Below, piece after piece: positions 11,950-25,898 of a stretch of DNA of 64,000 nt. The notes under the pieces are model-generated. The model saw only the letters and a program-made list of their open reading frames with translations, ran no database searches and was not told where the DNA came from. A program made the translations under genes and the position numbers. This DNA is from Utricularia gibba (taxonomy: Eukaryota; Plantae; Magnoliophyta), in assembly GCA_002189035.1 (NCBI GenBank), contig NEEC01000002.1, positions 2,852,001 to 2,916,000 of the forward strand, written 5' to 3'. Within the stretch, counting starts at the first letter, position 1. Each line of letters starts with the position of its first letter.

Positions 11950-13900
11950 CTTAATCAAATTAGTTTTCAACTGTCTATGCAATCTTGTGTTATTGAATTT
12001 CAAAACTCAAGCAAGATATACTTCAAAAGAATGGATATTTTGTTATAATAAACCGGTGGTTATTGTGTTATCTGATTGAGTATCATGTATTTCATCTTCA
12101 ACAATTATATTTTGTAAAATTGTAAAGCATACATGATATTAACTAGAATTTAATGAGCCCATATGTGAGCAGATGAATAAATAATTTCATACTTTGTTCT
12201 TGATAGTCCAAAAGCTCATTTTGCATCTTTTTTTTGCACTTTATTATCAAATAGCAAAGACTCTTGTTTTTGGTTTTTTGAAAGAATAATAGTTTTCATA
12301 AAAACAGATCATATTTTTTTCATTGACCAAAAATTCAACTAGAGAGTCAATACCTCGATACGAATCATCAAATAATTTTGAATGAGATAATATATTGAGA
12401 TCATTATTTGAATTTAGAGTATTCTAGAACAAATATCATATCCACGTATCATTTGAATCAACTACTTCTAATATGATAGTAAAATACTCATGCTCATGAG
12501 TATATTGTCCTTTTCAAGCTACAAGATAATTTTTCTATTTCCAATACATACAGTCTATACTTCTCAACATACCAAGAAACCATATTTTTTTACCCCATGA
12601 TAGAAATCTTTGAATGCCACTTGGATTGGGGCATCTCATATATTCTATCTCAAACACGGTACAAATTTCTATTCTAAAAGATTTTAAGGACTTGAGAGTA
12701 TATTTTTGCATTGTTATTAAGGAGACACAATTGGTTGCATATATTTTCTCTTGTAGATATGGAACAACTTCTACAAGGTTGGACATAATAACTCGAACAA
12801 ACTATGGCGCATTTTGAAATGTCGGTGAAATATCTTTTCAAGCTTCGATCGCATCAATAATTGCACCACTATAATAAGGCATAATGATTGAAAAATCTTC
12901 TGAATCGAAATACTCATTTTGAATAGAAACATGTTCTTGATTGTTGTGAGAATTCATTGAATTGATAAATAAATTTTTTATTAATGATACAAGTTATATA
13001 TAATAAGTAAGATGTGGTTCGTGTGGTAGATTGATAGTTGTAAAATGTGATTTTTGAATTAGAATGATAGTTGCGAAATATGGTTAATGTGGTAAGTTGG
13101 TAGTTGTAGGTGTGATGGATTGATAGCTATAGTATCTGGTTAGCATGATAGATTAGTAGTTGTAAAATGTGTTTGTTGATATGGGTTTAGTAAATTGCAT
13201 AATTTTTTCAATGCGATATAATCTTTATATTTAAATTACATAGTTTGTGAAATTCAAACATTTCAAAATGAACAACACGAAGGATCAACCATTATCATTC
13301 AAACCATTATTCATACCAGATAATATAAAAGTGAGGTTTGTTGAGTATTCATACCAGATAATATACGATTGTATGGTTCACTATATAACATTCTTTGAAA
13401 GTCATCCATCTTCGACACATCCATCTTGATCAACAACTTCAACTCGTATATAAAGTTCATTGCAATTTCTATATTCTTCACTACAATATATTGTCAATAT
13501 ACTATCTTGAAGTCATAGTTTCTTAATATTTTTTTTGTCTAATGGGATGTTGTATAGTTGAAACCTCTAAATTCACTTGTTCTATTATATTTGAAGTCAT
13601 AACTCATTGGACCGATATAAGTTACATATGATGCTCACTTTTTTTTCCTTTTACTTCCATTATCTACATCATATTTGCATATAAATCAATGAGTTAATAA
13701 AAATAAAATAAAATATAAATAATAATAGATTTTACCATAATTTATTTTGATTGATCTCGCAATATTTTTCAAGCTTCTAAGTATGTAAAAATTTTACGAA
13801 ATTCTTTATATAATTTAATCTCATATCAATCAAATCATATTATTGTAATCGTTTTGATCTTATCGTGAAATTCTATCATACATTTAGAAAAAATTTGGAT
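11950..13900 (-). pseudogene. PIF/Harbinger transposon remnant (plant transposase, Plant_tran type)
   Basis: Minus-strand fragments IFHRHFKMRHSLF, VVPYLQEKIYATNCVSLITMQKYT and VFEIEYMRCPNPSGIQRFLSWGKKIWFLGMLRSIDCMYW match PIF motifs FRRRFRM..., PYF.QK.DA.G..GLS.LQK.T and EYLR.P...GFPGMLGSIDCMHW; boundaries approximate. Confidence 0.75.
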
Positions 13901-15680
13901 ATGTGCTTAAGTTTTTCTACTTCTTCCTCGGAGATTTAGATTCATATATTAAAACTAAAGTTTTACATATATGATTGTTATTTTTCAAACACACTAACAT
14001 TAGGATTGTTATTTTTAAAAATCATCCCATAATTCATGATAAGTGAGATCATTTACAAAAATGGACACTATTATATTCTCTTAATTATATTCAATAAGAA
14101 TTTTTAATTAAAATAGCTAATTTGATCACAAATTAAAAATAGAATAACTATATTTCTAATACATCTTGATAGGTGGTCAATATCATAAAATGGGGAGATG
14201 ATCACATGATTGGTTGCTAAAGTAATGTACATGAAACAAAGACAAATGAATAATTGGCAATCATGAATGAATAAAGTTGTAATAAGGAACTAACTTGGCT
14301 CAAATTCAAATATATTAAAGATCAATTATGCCAATTCTATTTGGAAAATATTACTTTGTTTGGTAAGGTTGTTAAGGCATTTTAACAAGATTATTCGATT
14401 AAAATTATGTTTGGTAGTAATTGTTAAAATAAACAACGTTGTTTATATTCACATGTATAGAATTAATTTTGGGATGTTAATCTTAATGTAAGGGGTAGTG
14501 ATATATTTATGCTAACAATATCTCATTATTTCTATTTTACTCCTTTCATTACATCTAATTATAACTTTTTTTACTTTCAATACTTATCGATTTCTTCTTG
14601 AGATTTACTGCTTTGCTCCTAGTAGAATCGGAATCAATAAGATAAAAATATGAAATCATAAAGTGAAAAGCGAGATCGATTTTACATAAAAGTGAAATAT
14701 TAAAGAAGAATTCTAGAATCCATGATGAACATAATTAGATAAATAGGAGAAATTATTGTAAAATTGTTTTAAATAATAATAGGTGTATTTAAATTTCTAT
14801 AAAATAATCTAATTAATAATAATATACTAAACACAAAATATTATAAACACTCATTTTTTATATAATATTACCAAACGCATATATAATTTTAACAATATAT
14901 ATTTGTTTATCTAAACAATAATAATCTTAACAAACCATAAATTAAACAATCGTACCAAACGGGACATAAGGATTTAACATGCGTGAATACAAATAATAGG
15001 AATTAAAATTATTTAAAATGTAAAATATTAAAAACTAATTATATTTGACATCTTAAATTTTGAGGACTATTTGTGTTTTATCAAATAGTGGGGACTAGTA
15101 TGCCATTAAATTAAACAAGACCAAGTAATTTTCCCAGTGCAATTTGTATTAAATAATAAAAGTTACTTTTATGATTAGGTTAAAAATGATGATTTTTAGG
15201 AGTTATTTAGAATTATGATTATTTTCACATTCTAACTCACACACTTAACAAAAAAAAAAAAATACATATGAAATGTTCATTTTTTTCCTTATAATATTTG
15301 ATACATGACCAAATTTGTAATTCATGCTGATTTTTTGAGCAACTATTTCATGTGGTTGGTCTTGTAGCCCGTCTACAACACGGACCACATAATACGTGAC
15401 CTTCAGTAAAATGAAACTACTAATTTCTTTGTGAACTTGATTATTAAAACATGATTGGAGCATCCCATTCCATAACTTGCACATCCCTCTAGCAGAAGGG
15501 AAGCCTGGCATTGTCAATTATAACTCCTGAGAATCGCATTTGGTTTTAAAAAAATGATTCTATAACACTGGTTCAAAAGATTATAACAGAGAAAATGAGT
15601 GAAATCAGAGTAACACCTGGTTACAATGAGTTTGGCGGGCCAAGAAGCATGGATCCAACCATATCATCACAACATAATCT

Positions 15681-17012
15681 TCACTTCAGAGTACCCTCCT
15701 CCACCCCATCTGCTTCACTGAAAGTTTCATTTTCAGAAGAAGTAGCAGCATCACTGAGGTCTTCATCAGCATCAGAGGCCACTCCTCCATTGCTGGTCTT
15801 AAAGTTATGGTCAACATAAACGTGCTCAACATGTCTCCATTCATCCTTGAATTCTTGCCTTCGACGATTACTTAGCTCCTTATCCACTATGGCTCTGTTG
15901 GGACTCAATAGCACTAATTCACCCAGTTTCTTCCTTGCCAAATACAACTCATTTGGCATCAGAAGTTGTCCCTTCTTGTAAGCCTCCCTCAAGAAAACAG
16001 TATGCAGCCTTCCGAAATTCCCTCTTGTTGAAACGTAGAAGATACCCTGATGCTGCAGCAAGAACTCCTTGAGCTTCTTGGGTAAGTCCATCACCATTCT
16101 GAAATGTGCAATTCTTTCTAAGGTCATCTTCTTTTCAACTGTCAAGTTTAACAGTTCGTGTATCATGGCTACTGCTCTCTTCTCCATTCTCTTTTGCGCC
16201 TCTAATGACCTCAGATCATACCCAGAGATATCTTCGTATGGAGACCAGTAGGGAAGCCTCTGCCATTTCCACATAGCAATTTTGTAGTACTTCCCAAGCT
16301 TGAAACCAGGAGGGAAATTCACTAGGAAAGCAAAGCGAATATCTTCAGCATCCATACCCTTTTGACGATACTCTATTTCCCTTACACGCTCAATTTCACA
16401 AACACCTAAACTGCTATCTTTCTCCACCAACTCAATGTACTTGTTTCTAGTTTCAGCAGCATTAAACAAACGAAAATATTGGGGATGTTTCAGAATCACC
16501 GAGTACTCAAAATCGTCAGGAAGCCCAAATTCCTTTCGAGCAATTCTCAAATGTTCAAACCTAATCCGACCAGTGTTGGATAGCAGCAGCAGCTTCCTAA
16601 TCCGGGATACTGCGTCGGGTATTTGGTGAATGAGGGCTTCTATCTCTTGCTCCATCTGCGAAATTGCTTTCCGTGTTAGTCTGCAATACAGAATCCGCTG
16701 AACAGGGTGCTCAAACACCTCGAACACATGCGGAAATTTCAGAATAAATCGACCAGCCTCGTGTTGCTTATACCCAAGTCGACGAGCGAGTGTGTCCAGA
16801 CGGGATACGGGTAGCATGCTGTTGGGTTGCGAAAGGATCAAGTCTTGAAATTTCACAACTCTACGCACTTTTTTCTCGATTTCCATGTAGTCATCGAAGC
16901 CATGGTCGCGAACTCGGACCTGCTTCTTGGGTATTGACGTAGACTGCGCCATGGACCGCACCATTTTACCGAAAGCGATAATCTTTGAAGCATAGGCAAC
17001 TGCAACGCGCAT
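15681..17012 (-). CDS. PORR-domain (plant organelle RNA recognition; WTF1/RPD1 family) protein, intronless CDS
   Basis: 443-aa ORF with RVRDHGFDDYME, GLPDDFEYSVILKHPQYFRL, WQRLPYWSPYE and EKRAVAMIHELLNLTVEKK; acidic C-terminal tail. Confidence 0.9.
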   Translation of the reverse strand: MRVAVAYASKIIAFGKMVRSMAQSTSIPKKQVRVRDHGFDDYMEIEKKVRRVVKFQDLILSQPNSMLPVSRLDTLARRLGYKQHEAGRFILKFPHVFEVFEHPVQRILYCRLTRKAISQMEQEIEALIHQIPDAVSRIRKLLLLSNTGRIRFEHLRIARKEFGLPDDFEYSVILKHPQYFRLFNAAETRNKYIELVEKDSSLGVCEIERVREIEYRQKGMDAEDIRFAFLVNFPPGFKLGKYYKIAMWKWQRLPYWSPYEDISGYDLRSLEAQKRMEKRAVAMIHELLNLTVEKKMTLERIAHFRMVMDLPKKLKEFLLQHQGIFYVSTRGNFGRLHTVFLREAYKKGQLLMPNELYLARKKLGELVLLSPNRAIVDKELSNRRRQEFKDEWRHVEHVYVDHNFKTSNGGVASDADEDLSDAATSSENETFSEADGVEEGTLK

Positions 17013-18359
17013 CTTTTAGAGACAATTCGGAAATTAGGGTTCCAAGTTTCTCGTTTCCTGGAAACATCAGAAGCTTAAGATGGGATGATATAAGAGAAAG
17101 ATATGGGATTTGCTTGGAATTTACATATTTCAATTCATCTACCGAAATTGATGGTGTCAAGACTCCACTTGGAATCCCTTATCTTTCGCAATCCAAATAT
17201 CATCAACAAAGCTCAAGATGCCGCAGTTCCCCACCTGTCACACAGTTCCTCCAGAGTGATGGACTCCCCGCCGTCGTGTCGCCAGCACTTGCGAAGCGGA
17301 AAGTCACGTTACACAGGAGTTGCATTGGGCTTGAGGATACACAGGGTTTTTCTGAGATTTGCAATGCTGCCAATCACATTACCGGGAGTTGCGAACCCGC
17401 CAATTGCGTCGCCGGCAGTCATGACGCCGTGCGTCCTATCCCATCGGGCCTCGATGTGGCTTGCTCCATTGGGTGGAAATGCTGGCTGCACAGGCAAGCT
17501 CAGAATACCGCTTCCTTGGCCCAGTTAAATTTGTAACCCCAATTGAAAGTCAACCTAATTCGATGCGACCCATTTAACATATTTGAGCCCATGACAGTCC
17601 ATCCAATCATATTTGAGCCCAATTTTGTGGAGCTCACCCAATCAAATCTCAAAAAAACCCTGTGTAGCCTCAAGCCCAATATAAAAAAAAAAAAGTTTCA
17701 AATTCTAAAATATTATTTGACATATAAGTTGTGTAATATTGTCATAAATGCAAAATTATTTATAAGTACAAACAAGTGCAAACATAAATATTAGTAACAT
17801 AGTAATTTGGTCTTCAATTTTATAAGAAGAATTTAATAGTTAAGTAATAGGATTTTTATGTTTATATATATATAGGTATTAGTAATTAATGCTTAAATAA
17901 GTTGTAAGGATAAACATAATTTATTACAACAATATATAAAGGATTTATAGATGACAAAATATTATAATTTAAACGAGTAAAATAATAAAATCTAGTTTAT
18001 AATTCTCCTCTTTGGTTATTTTTTGCCATGAGGATTAAACACACAATTTGTATCAAATAATCCAATCCATTTCATTCGTTTACCAATTTTCCCCATCTAC
18101 AATCGGGTTTCAAAACAATTTAATTATACTTATTTAAAAATTAGAATATTTCTTTTTTATATATATTAGACATTTTTTGTTACCCAACACATGCCCCAAA
18201 AAAAAACAAAACAAAAAACAGCAGAGTGGAATGCAGGTGCGATTTGCTAGTGGGATGGAAACAGCTACAGAATTCTGGACGTCATTATCAAGCCAAGTGC
18301 ATTCATGAGGTAGATCAACAACTCCAACTCAAAAACCATGCCAACACCAGATCACAATA

Positions 18360-20815
18360 TCAATACTCAGAGGGAGAGATAACATCATCGATCTTCAGAA
18401 TCATCTTCACCACCTGAGTTGCTAGCAGAAGCTGCTGCTGTTTGCCGATCAGGGTTTCGAACACGTTTTGCTCACGCATATCAGTCGTACCCACATCATT
18501 GCAATCGATGCCACAGAAATTGTTTTTCTCCTGCAAGAGAGAATCACACACCCAGAGAATCATACAAACAGGTCCTTATGATGAGGGGGCGCCAGTGGCT
18601 TGAAAGTACCTTAATTTGCTGAGCCTTGACAGCAGAAAGTGTTTCAATCGGCTGAAGGCCGCTATTCTCTGCAAGAGCCATGGGGATGGCATCCAGTGCT
18701 TCCCCGAATGCTCTAATTGCATACTGTAAAAAAATGTCGGTAGTTAAGACTATTTCTAAGTTTAAAAGTCAAGGCAGTGAAAGGATTTTGTACAGAATAA
18801 TGAGCTGCTTTTACCTGTTCAACTCCAGGATACTTATCAGCAGCGGCTTCCACTGCAACTGAGCAAGAGATTTCAGCTGAGCCCCCTCCGTATACAATTG
18901 AGTTGTTACGGATAAGATTCCGAGCAACACACAAGGCATCATGAATGCTGCGTTTTGTTTCCTCTATCATCATTTTGTTACCTTCAAAAGTTCGCCATTT
19001 CATGCATTCAATAACGCTATGCTGCCTTTACCCCAAGGAGAAATTAAAACTGCGTAACAACCAAAAAAAACACCTACCACCACGTATGAATATGGTGACA
19101 GCTCTTGAATTCGCACAATGCTCAATGTATATCATTCTGTCCTTTGTAGTTCCAAAACTTTTTTCTCGAACAAGACCAGCCTGGAATGTGCATTTTCTCA
19201 ATGCATGCTAATTATAAAAAAGGAGTTGACACTGAGGATTGGTGAAAAAAGTGATCCAGTTACCTTGCCTAGTTTTTCTGGGGTCAATTCCTGAAACCTA
19301 GGTACATTCTACCACCTGCAATTAGACAAGTGAGTCAAAGGAAACGCAGTACTAAAATGAAAACAGATTGCAGCTGAAATTGACTGACTAGAAAAACGGC
19401 AAGTACAAACCTGTTGCTATGGCTATAAGCTCTAACTCTACACCACCGACCCATCGAACAGCAGGCAAGTGTCTGTTCATCAATAAGTGGTTTGCCTCAT
19501 CATCAAAACCCCATTGGCATATAACCAAAGTAGCCCCCACATCCTGCAATGAAGTGGATAAGAAAATGCATTAAACCAGACAACAATATTGAACAATGCA
19601 CATTCCAAATATCACCATTCTGAGCATCACTTAATGAAAATGGCATGCACTGATCACAGAACAAGAACCATTATGCCCAGAAAATGGAGATGATCAACCT
19701 TGCATTTTTTAACCATATCATCAAAGTACTGTTGTTCTTGCTGACGTAGCTTCTGGAATTTTTCCACCGTGTCAATGTCAACCTTGTGCTTAGTCTTGGG
19801 CTTTGGAGGCTCAAATGGGCAAGTTAATATAGCAATTTTGGCATCTTCAATATGCTTCGGCATTTGAGGATGGCTCATATCCTTGTCAATGATGATCCCA
19901 TAAATCAATTCTGTATCCTCAAGCTTTCCTCCAACTTTTCCCTCTACTTTAATCAAGTCTAAATTAACATCCCTTCTTTCCAAGTCGGCAACAGCAAGCA
20001 CTGCTTTAACCGCAATTTCTGCCAAACTGCGCTTGCATCTATTCACACTGAAAGGAAGAATAATCGTGAGTATAATTCAAAAATCAAACAATTCACAAAA
20101 CAACAGCAAAAACTTCTTACATCTTGGAAGATAATGTAGTCATACAAGTGCGAATCAAAGGTTCAAAATTTTCAGCATCAAATTCAAATTTCTGTGCTAT
20201 ATTTTCCAAATGCTCAACTGCAATCCTGGAACCAGTTTCATATCCTTCCGCAATGCGAATAGGATGAATACCACGCTCCAGCAGTTTCTCAGCTTGTTCA
20301 AGAAGCGCACCAGCCATAACCACAACTCCAGTTGTTCCATCACCAATTTCATAATCTTGACTCCGTGACAATTCAACCATAAGCTTGGCAATCTGGTTGT
20401 CAACATCCATCTGCTCCAAGATAGTCGCACCATCATTAGCTGGGAGTACAAGAAAAAAACACAGCCCAGTTCAGACCTGGCATCACATAATCTAAAAATA
20501 AATTCTTTGAACTATTTCCCAAGCAGATGAAGTAAACTCGATACGCGCCAGACGAAATGGACCGGAACCGATAGACACAAACAGAAAGCGAAGTAAACTG
20601 AACTCGAGGGGCTTACTTATCGTGACATCCCCATCTGGGCTTTGAAGCATCTTATCCATTCCCTTCGGCCCTAGAGAGGTTCGAAGAATCCGAGCCACTG
20701 CTTTACCAGCGGCTATGTTCGCCTTCTGAGCATCAAGCCCTCGGAGCCTTGTCTTGGACTCCTGCTCCCTGAGTATAATGTAAGGACGGCCGAATTCATC
20801 GAAGGCTAACGCCAT
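18360..20815 (-). CDS. CCT5: T-complex protein 1 subunit epsilon, 9 exons; one apparent -1 frameshift at ~19306
   Basis: [43 protein letters not shown] and [17 protein letters not shown]; all exons traced with GT-AG borders. Confidence 0.96.
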
Positions 20816-21160
20816 TTGTCTCCAGTACAAGACGTGAAGATTCGATCTACCCTTCAAGCCTCGGAGAAATGAGAAGCGGAAGTGGTGTTCGAAAGATTCA
20901 GAAGCTTCGGAACAAGAGTGCCCTACTACTACACCAGATGCGCCGTCGTTTCATCACGGCCTATCTTTTCTGATGGGCCTATTTTTTTTCAAATCGCCAG
21001 CCCGGCCCATTTCCATACTAAAACAAAAAAATATATTTAAATTGTTTAAATACATTAAATGCTACAAAAAAAAATCCAAGGTTTTAAATTCTCACGAAAT
21101 TCCGACAAATTTAGTTCTATTCTAAAACAAAAAACAATTTTCATTCATGTTATAATTGGG

Positions 21161-21700
21161 GTGATTTTGAAAAATACCCTCTTTAAATTGAGTGTGTGAG
21201 AAATCTATTTATTTTATATGTATTTTTTTATGTATGATATGTGTGAAATAAATGAAAGTTGGGTAGATTTCAAAATGACTCGTTATAAGTGGGTATGGTG
21301 GTCCAACTCGACAAGTTACAAGTTGAATCCGTCAAGTCAACATAAAAAATTGCGATTTGGTGGATATGAACAAGTCGCTATGCTAAATCCATTATGAGTC
21401 ACTAATTGATCAGAATCATTACATAATTTATGTATATTAATATGAATTGAATTATAAGTATTGGGTCAAATGAGTTGTATTGTCCAATTGATTTGATAAA
21501 GAAAAAACACATATTTTTGTCATTAGGGTTATATTTCAAGTTCAATTTGTCTAACCTATCAAATTCACATGTAACTGTATATTATATAGACTCATCTCAT
21601 ATCTATTTTTTATAATGATGAGTAACACGTCCAATTTATGACGGGTCAACCTGGTGAATATCTGAATTGACTTGTATCCGTGCCCACTTTCAATCTAGGT
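21161..21700. mobile_element. MITE/hAT-like remnants between CCT5 and ARP3
   Basis: Short inverted ends ttttgaaaaataccc / gggtagatttcaaaa, then hAT-like subterminal motifs ending gtgcccactttcaatcta; no TSD resolved. Confidence 0.35.
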
Positions 21701-21980
21701 TTAAAGCTTTTTGAATTATTAAATCAATATTTGTTAATGTTATAAACTTCCAAAATTTTCCAGAAATTAGACTCAGGCCGAAAAATTTTCCCAAATTTCC
21801 AATATTGCAAAAACGTGCATACTACAATTATCATGAAAATGAAATACTAAAATAAAAAGATACACATCCAATTACAATGTATTTTTGTATTTCAATTTGT
21901 AAAAGGCTACAAATTACGTGTATTCAGTGTCTTGAAAAACAAAAGGTATATCAGCAGGCAGCTCAAGGGACTGATATGTA

Positions 21981-24172
21981 TCAAAACATTCCTTTGAAAA
22001 CAGGATTGGTTCTGCATATGTTGGCTCCGTGTTCCTCATACTCAGCTTTCGTATGGCAGGACTGAGACAAAGAAAACTATGGTGTCACGCAGGAGTTATC
22101 AACTACAGCAAAAATGAGAGAGGGCAGTACCGAGAAGAACTCCGGCGTCGATGCGAGAACGGAGCCGCCGAACCAGACGGCAAACCTCTGTATGGGGTTG
22201 CTGAGAACGTTAACCTCCACAGGTTGTGCCTGAGGACACAAAAGTTAGAAACCGGGAGGAGACTCAAAGTGTCTTTGCAAACATGGATGAACTCCTTACT
22301 TTCAGCCCTCCACCGAGCTTAGCCTCGGAGGCGAGGATTCGAGCATCGACAATCTTTTTCAAATCCCTTTGCAGCCTCCGGTGGAAATCTTTGAACATTG
22401 TTGATCCTCCAGACAGCACAATATTCTGCATGCTTTCATATGTCTTGTAAGGATTCGTAAGGATAATCAAATGATCATGTAGTAATGGATATACCTTGTA
22501 CAAGGCTCTTCTTGTATCTATTGGCGCGGATTGGATACATCTATCGACGATGTCCGGCAAAGGGGTGGTGAAATCTGTACTGTAGATTTCTGGGTTGAAG
22601 AACACCTGATGAGTTTGTAGTAGTTTAAACATTAGAATGCACAAACTTAGGGAATGGAAAAAACAGTATGAAGCCAAACCTCAGGACCAAGAAACCGTTC
22701 ATAGCCTACATCACAGGAGTAGGAGGCTCCTGTCTTTGGCTTTACACCTCTCCACTGTTTAATGTACTTTGCAGGTTCTTTGTCATGCTTGTTGAACTCC
22801 TGTAATTGTCAAAAAATTATGGAATCTTTTGAGAAGGCACCGAAGTCTCAGCCTTGCTAATGGTTTACAACCGAGAAGTCAATAAATTTCCCACCTTGAT
22901 AATGTCAGAACAAGTATAGCAATACATCTCCTTTATTTTCCTGGCTACGTCAAAGGAATCTTCAGCAGGGACTTTCTCTCCCCTTTCCTATGAATACAGG
23001 AGAAGAAGAGGCACACTGTGAAAGTTTCATGGCAACAATACCTTCATAATGCTTTGACTGTCGTCATACACAAATGATAACATTCATGACAGTAATGTTG
23101 TTCATCCGATTTTCTGTGACCGATGGACAGACGCTCAAAGGATAATAAAATCCCCAGTTTTGGAATGTAGACTAAGCACAATATCATACAAAATTTGAAG
23201 CATAAAAGCTGGAATAGAGGACAACCATGACATGGATAATGGAGTACATACTTTCAGAAGCTGCTGAACGAATAGAGTTACATCCTTGCCACATGTTGGG
23301 ATGGACTTAATGCTACTACCAATAACATAACCATCTGCGACTGGGACAACATGAGTAGCCCCATCTCCTACGTCAACCACAACTCCAGTCATCTCACACT
23401 AGGAGTCATAGATGCATCCATAGAGAAACAAAAAAGAATTTAGCACGCCTCATAAGCTTCATGAGATTAACTCAAGCTAATCTGGAAGTAAGGGTTGATT
23501 TGATAAACAAGGAATGCAAGAAAAATTTAGGATCAGGCTCATGTTCCACGAATTTAAACAGAGAACCAACCTTGGATGTTGTGTAGCCAGCAGCCAGAGC
23601 TAGCACAGGCTGCACAGCAATATACAATCCAGGGACATTAAATGTCTCAAACATGATCTCTCCAGTGTATTCTCGACTCTCTGGTGGAGTCAATGGACTC
23701 TCAGTCAATAAAAAGTAGTGATCCTCAGGATCACATCGTAGATAATTAAATACACTCTGCTCCCAAAACCTTTCCATTGCATCCCAATTATCAACCTGAC
23801 CGTTCTTGATAGGATAGGTTAAATTATAAGTGCTACCGGACTTGGATCTAGAAAGGGCTTCTTCTCCTATATAAAAATCTAAATCAGCCATAACCCCTGT
23901 GATATGATGCGCCATCCAATCGCTGCTCCGAGTGGAGCTCGGCCGCGGGTGGCTCACAGAAGATTCATTCACTGCTACAACCGTCGGGATTATGAAACAA
24001 GGCTCTACATTCCCGGCAAAGCCCATCTTCGAATAGCTGCATTTGATCAACCCAAATGAGGCATGGCAAAGCGAATCGTAAAAACCAAGAGAACTGAAAC
24101 GAGAATGAATTTCTAGAATTACCCAGTGCCATTGTCGATGACCACAGCAGGACGAGTGGTCGCAGGGTCCAT
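21981..24172 (-). CDS. ARP3: Actin-related protein 3 (Arp2/3 complex), 9 exons, intact
   Basis: [80 protein letters not shown] and [12 protein letters not shown]. Confidence 0.96.
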
Positions 24173-25898
24173 CAGCGAAAAAGAAATCCCGGGCGTCGAT
24201 TTCTAATTGTGTTGAATAAAATACTCAATCATAGCCTTCGAATGGCGAATTGCACCAACATGTGGGTTTTACTGCGACCCATCAACAAACGGTGGTTGCA
24301 CACTTAACCATCCACAACAGTCTTTTCCGCAATAAATCATGGAATTCATGAAAACTACACACAGACACACAAAAGCTCTAATTTTCACGCTTCAAGGCGG
24401 CAACTTTCCTTGTATAGGCTTACTTCCCTTCCCAGGAAACAATACTAGAGAACACAGTGACTGGGGTGGGAATGAATCGCGGGACCGTGTGTATTCTGGG
24501 CTCGATCTACGGAGACTGGGAGAAGAAGAATGGGTCGTGTTCTCCTGGATGTTGCCAAATTTCTGTTACCTCGAAGCGTGGATCCCTTGGTGAGTTCCAA
24601 GATCCTTATTCTTGACACTTTCCACTGGAATCCCTGCTGTCAGATTTGTCAATCAGACAAAAAAACTCAATCCAGTTCCGGTCGACAGAAACAGCAGCTG
24701 GGCAGGGCATTCGTCAAGAAACGCAGTTTTGCCGTTTGGGGGCTTCCCGCTGCCGGATTGGTTTTGTTATTGGGCTGGCCCACTCCATAACCCAACTTCT
24801 GCATCCTTGTGGTTCTGTTTTTAATATAAATATAAATATTTATAAACAAAATCAGCAATATTACTTTTTATTTGAAAATTATTGAGAACATGGTGGCATT
24901 GGTTCCCATTATTTGATAAGTTTGCAAAATTTTTCCCTAAAGTTTATTCTTTCAAAATTTTGGATAATCAACCTCTTATTATATCATATATGCATAATGT
25001 ACATCAATATATGTGTATATATACATTACATATAAATAATGTATACATGTGTACATAATATGTTATTATTTTACACAACATATTCTACAACAACTAGGAT
25101 CATATGAGTGAATATTACATATTGCACTTCATATGGAGGTGAGTCCCTCAATTCATGGAGAGAAAGGAGGAATGACTTAACAATTCAAAACAAACTAGAT
25201 GCTAATCAACAGATCTATTTAAAAAAAATCAATTTATAAGATATTAATGAATACGAGCGCAAGAAATCAATATTTTTAGAGAATTAATTTGATATAAATG
25301 AATAACTAACATATTGTATACTTTAGACAATTATATTGGATAAGTATTTTCTTAAATTTTGTAATTACAGCTAAATGTATATCTAAATATTTTAGCTCTA
25401 AAAAAATTTAATGATAAAGAATTTGTGTTCGACATATATGTTTAAAATATATAGAAAACAAACTAAAATACCTTTCTTACTTAAAATGCATTTAAGTAAG
25501 AAAGTTTATATTCCAAAGGATTTTGATAAGCATGATCAAAATAGTTATAAAATCATTATATAAATAACATTTGTATTAGAAAATATATTTATTAAATAAA
25601 TAAAATTATCAATGCATACGTGTTTAAATTTTTAAATAAATCTACCAAATATGGAATAACATGAGAAAAGAAAATCAGAAGCGCATGGATTTGCGATAAG
25701 TCGTGAAAGCCCGAACCCTTCACACGTGCGAACACACGAACTACAACACTAAAAACCAGAGTAAATTAGATTTACATGTGGATTTCCAATCGATCAATTA
25801 TTGTACCATCAGACGTATTGGGTGGATGCATCAAGGATTCAGACACCCCAAACACAAGCACAGAGGTGGGAAAACACAAACGAACTCTTGATCTCCGG

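Noticed and set aside
16985-17536. 183-aa and 141-aa plus-strand ORFs opposite and upstream of the PORR gene
   Set aside because: No recognisable domain or splice support; better explained as GC-rich promoter/UTR
24339-24885. Cluster of short ORFs upstream of ARP3
   Set aside because: No homology recognised in any frame; likely promoter or decayed fragment
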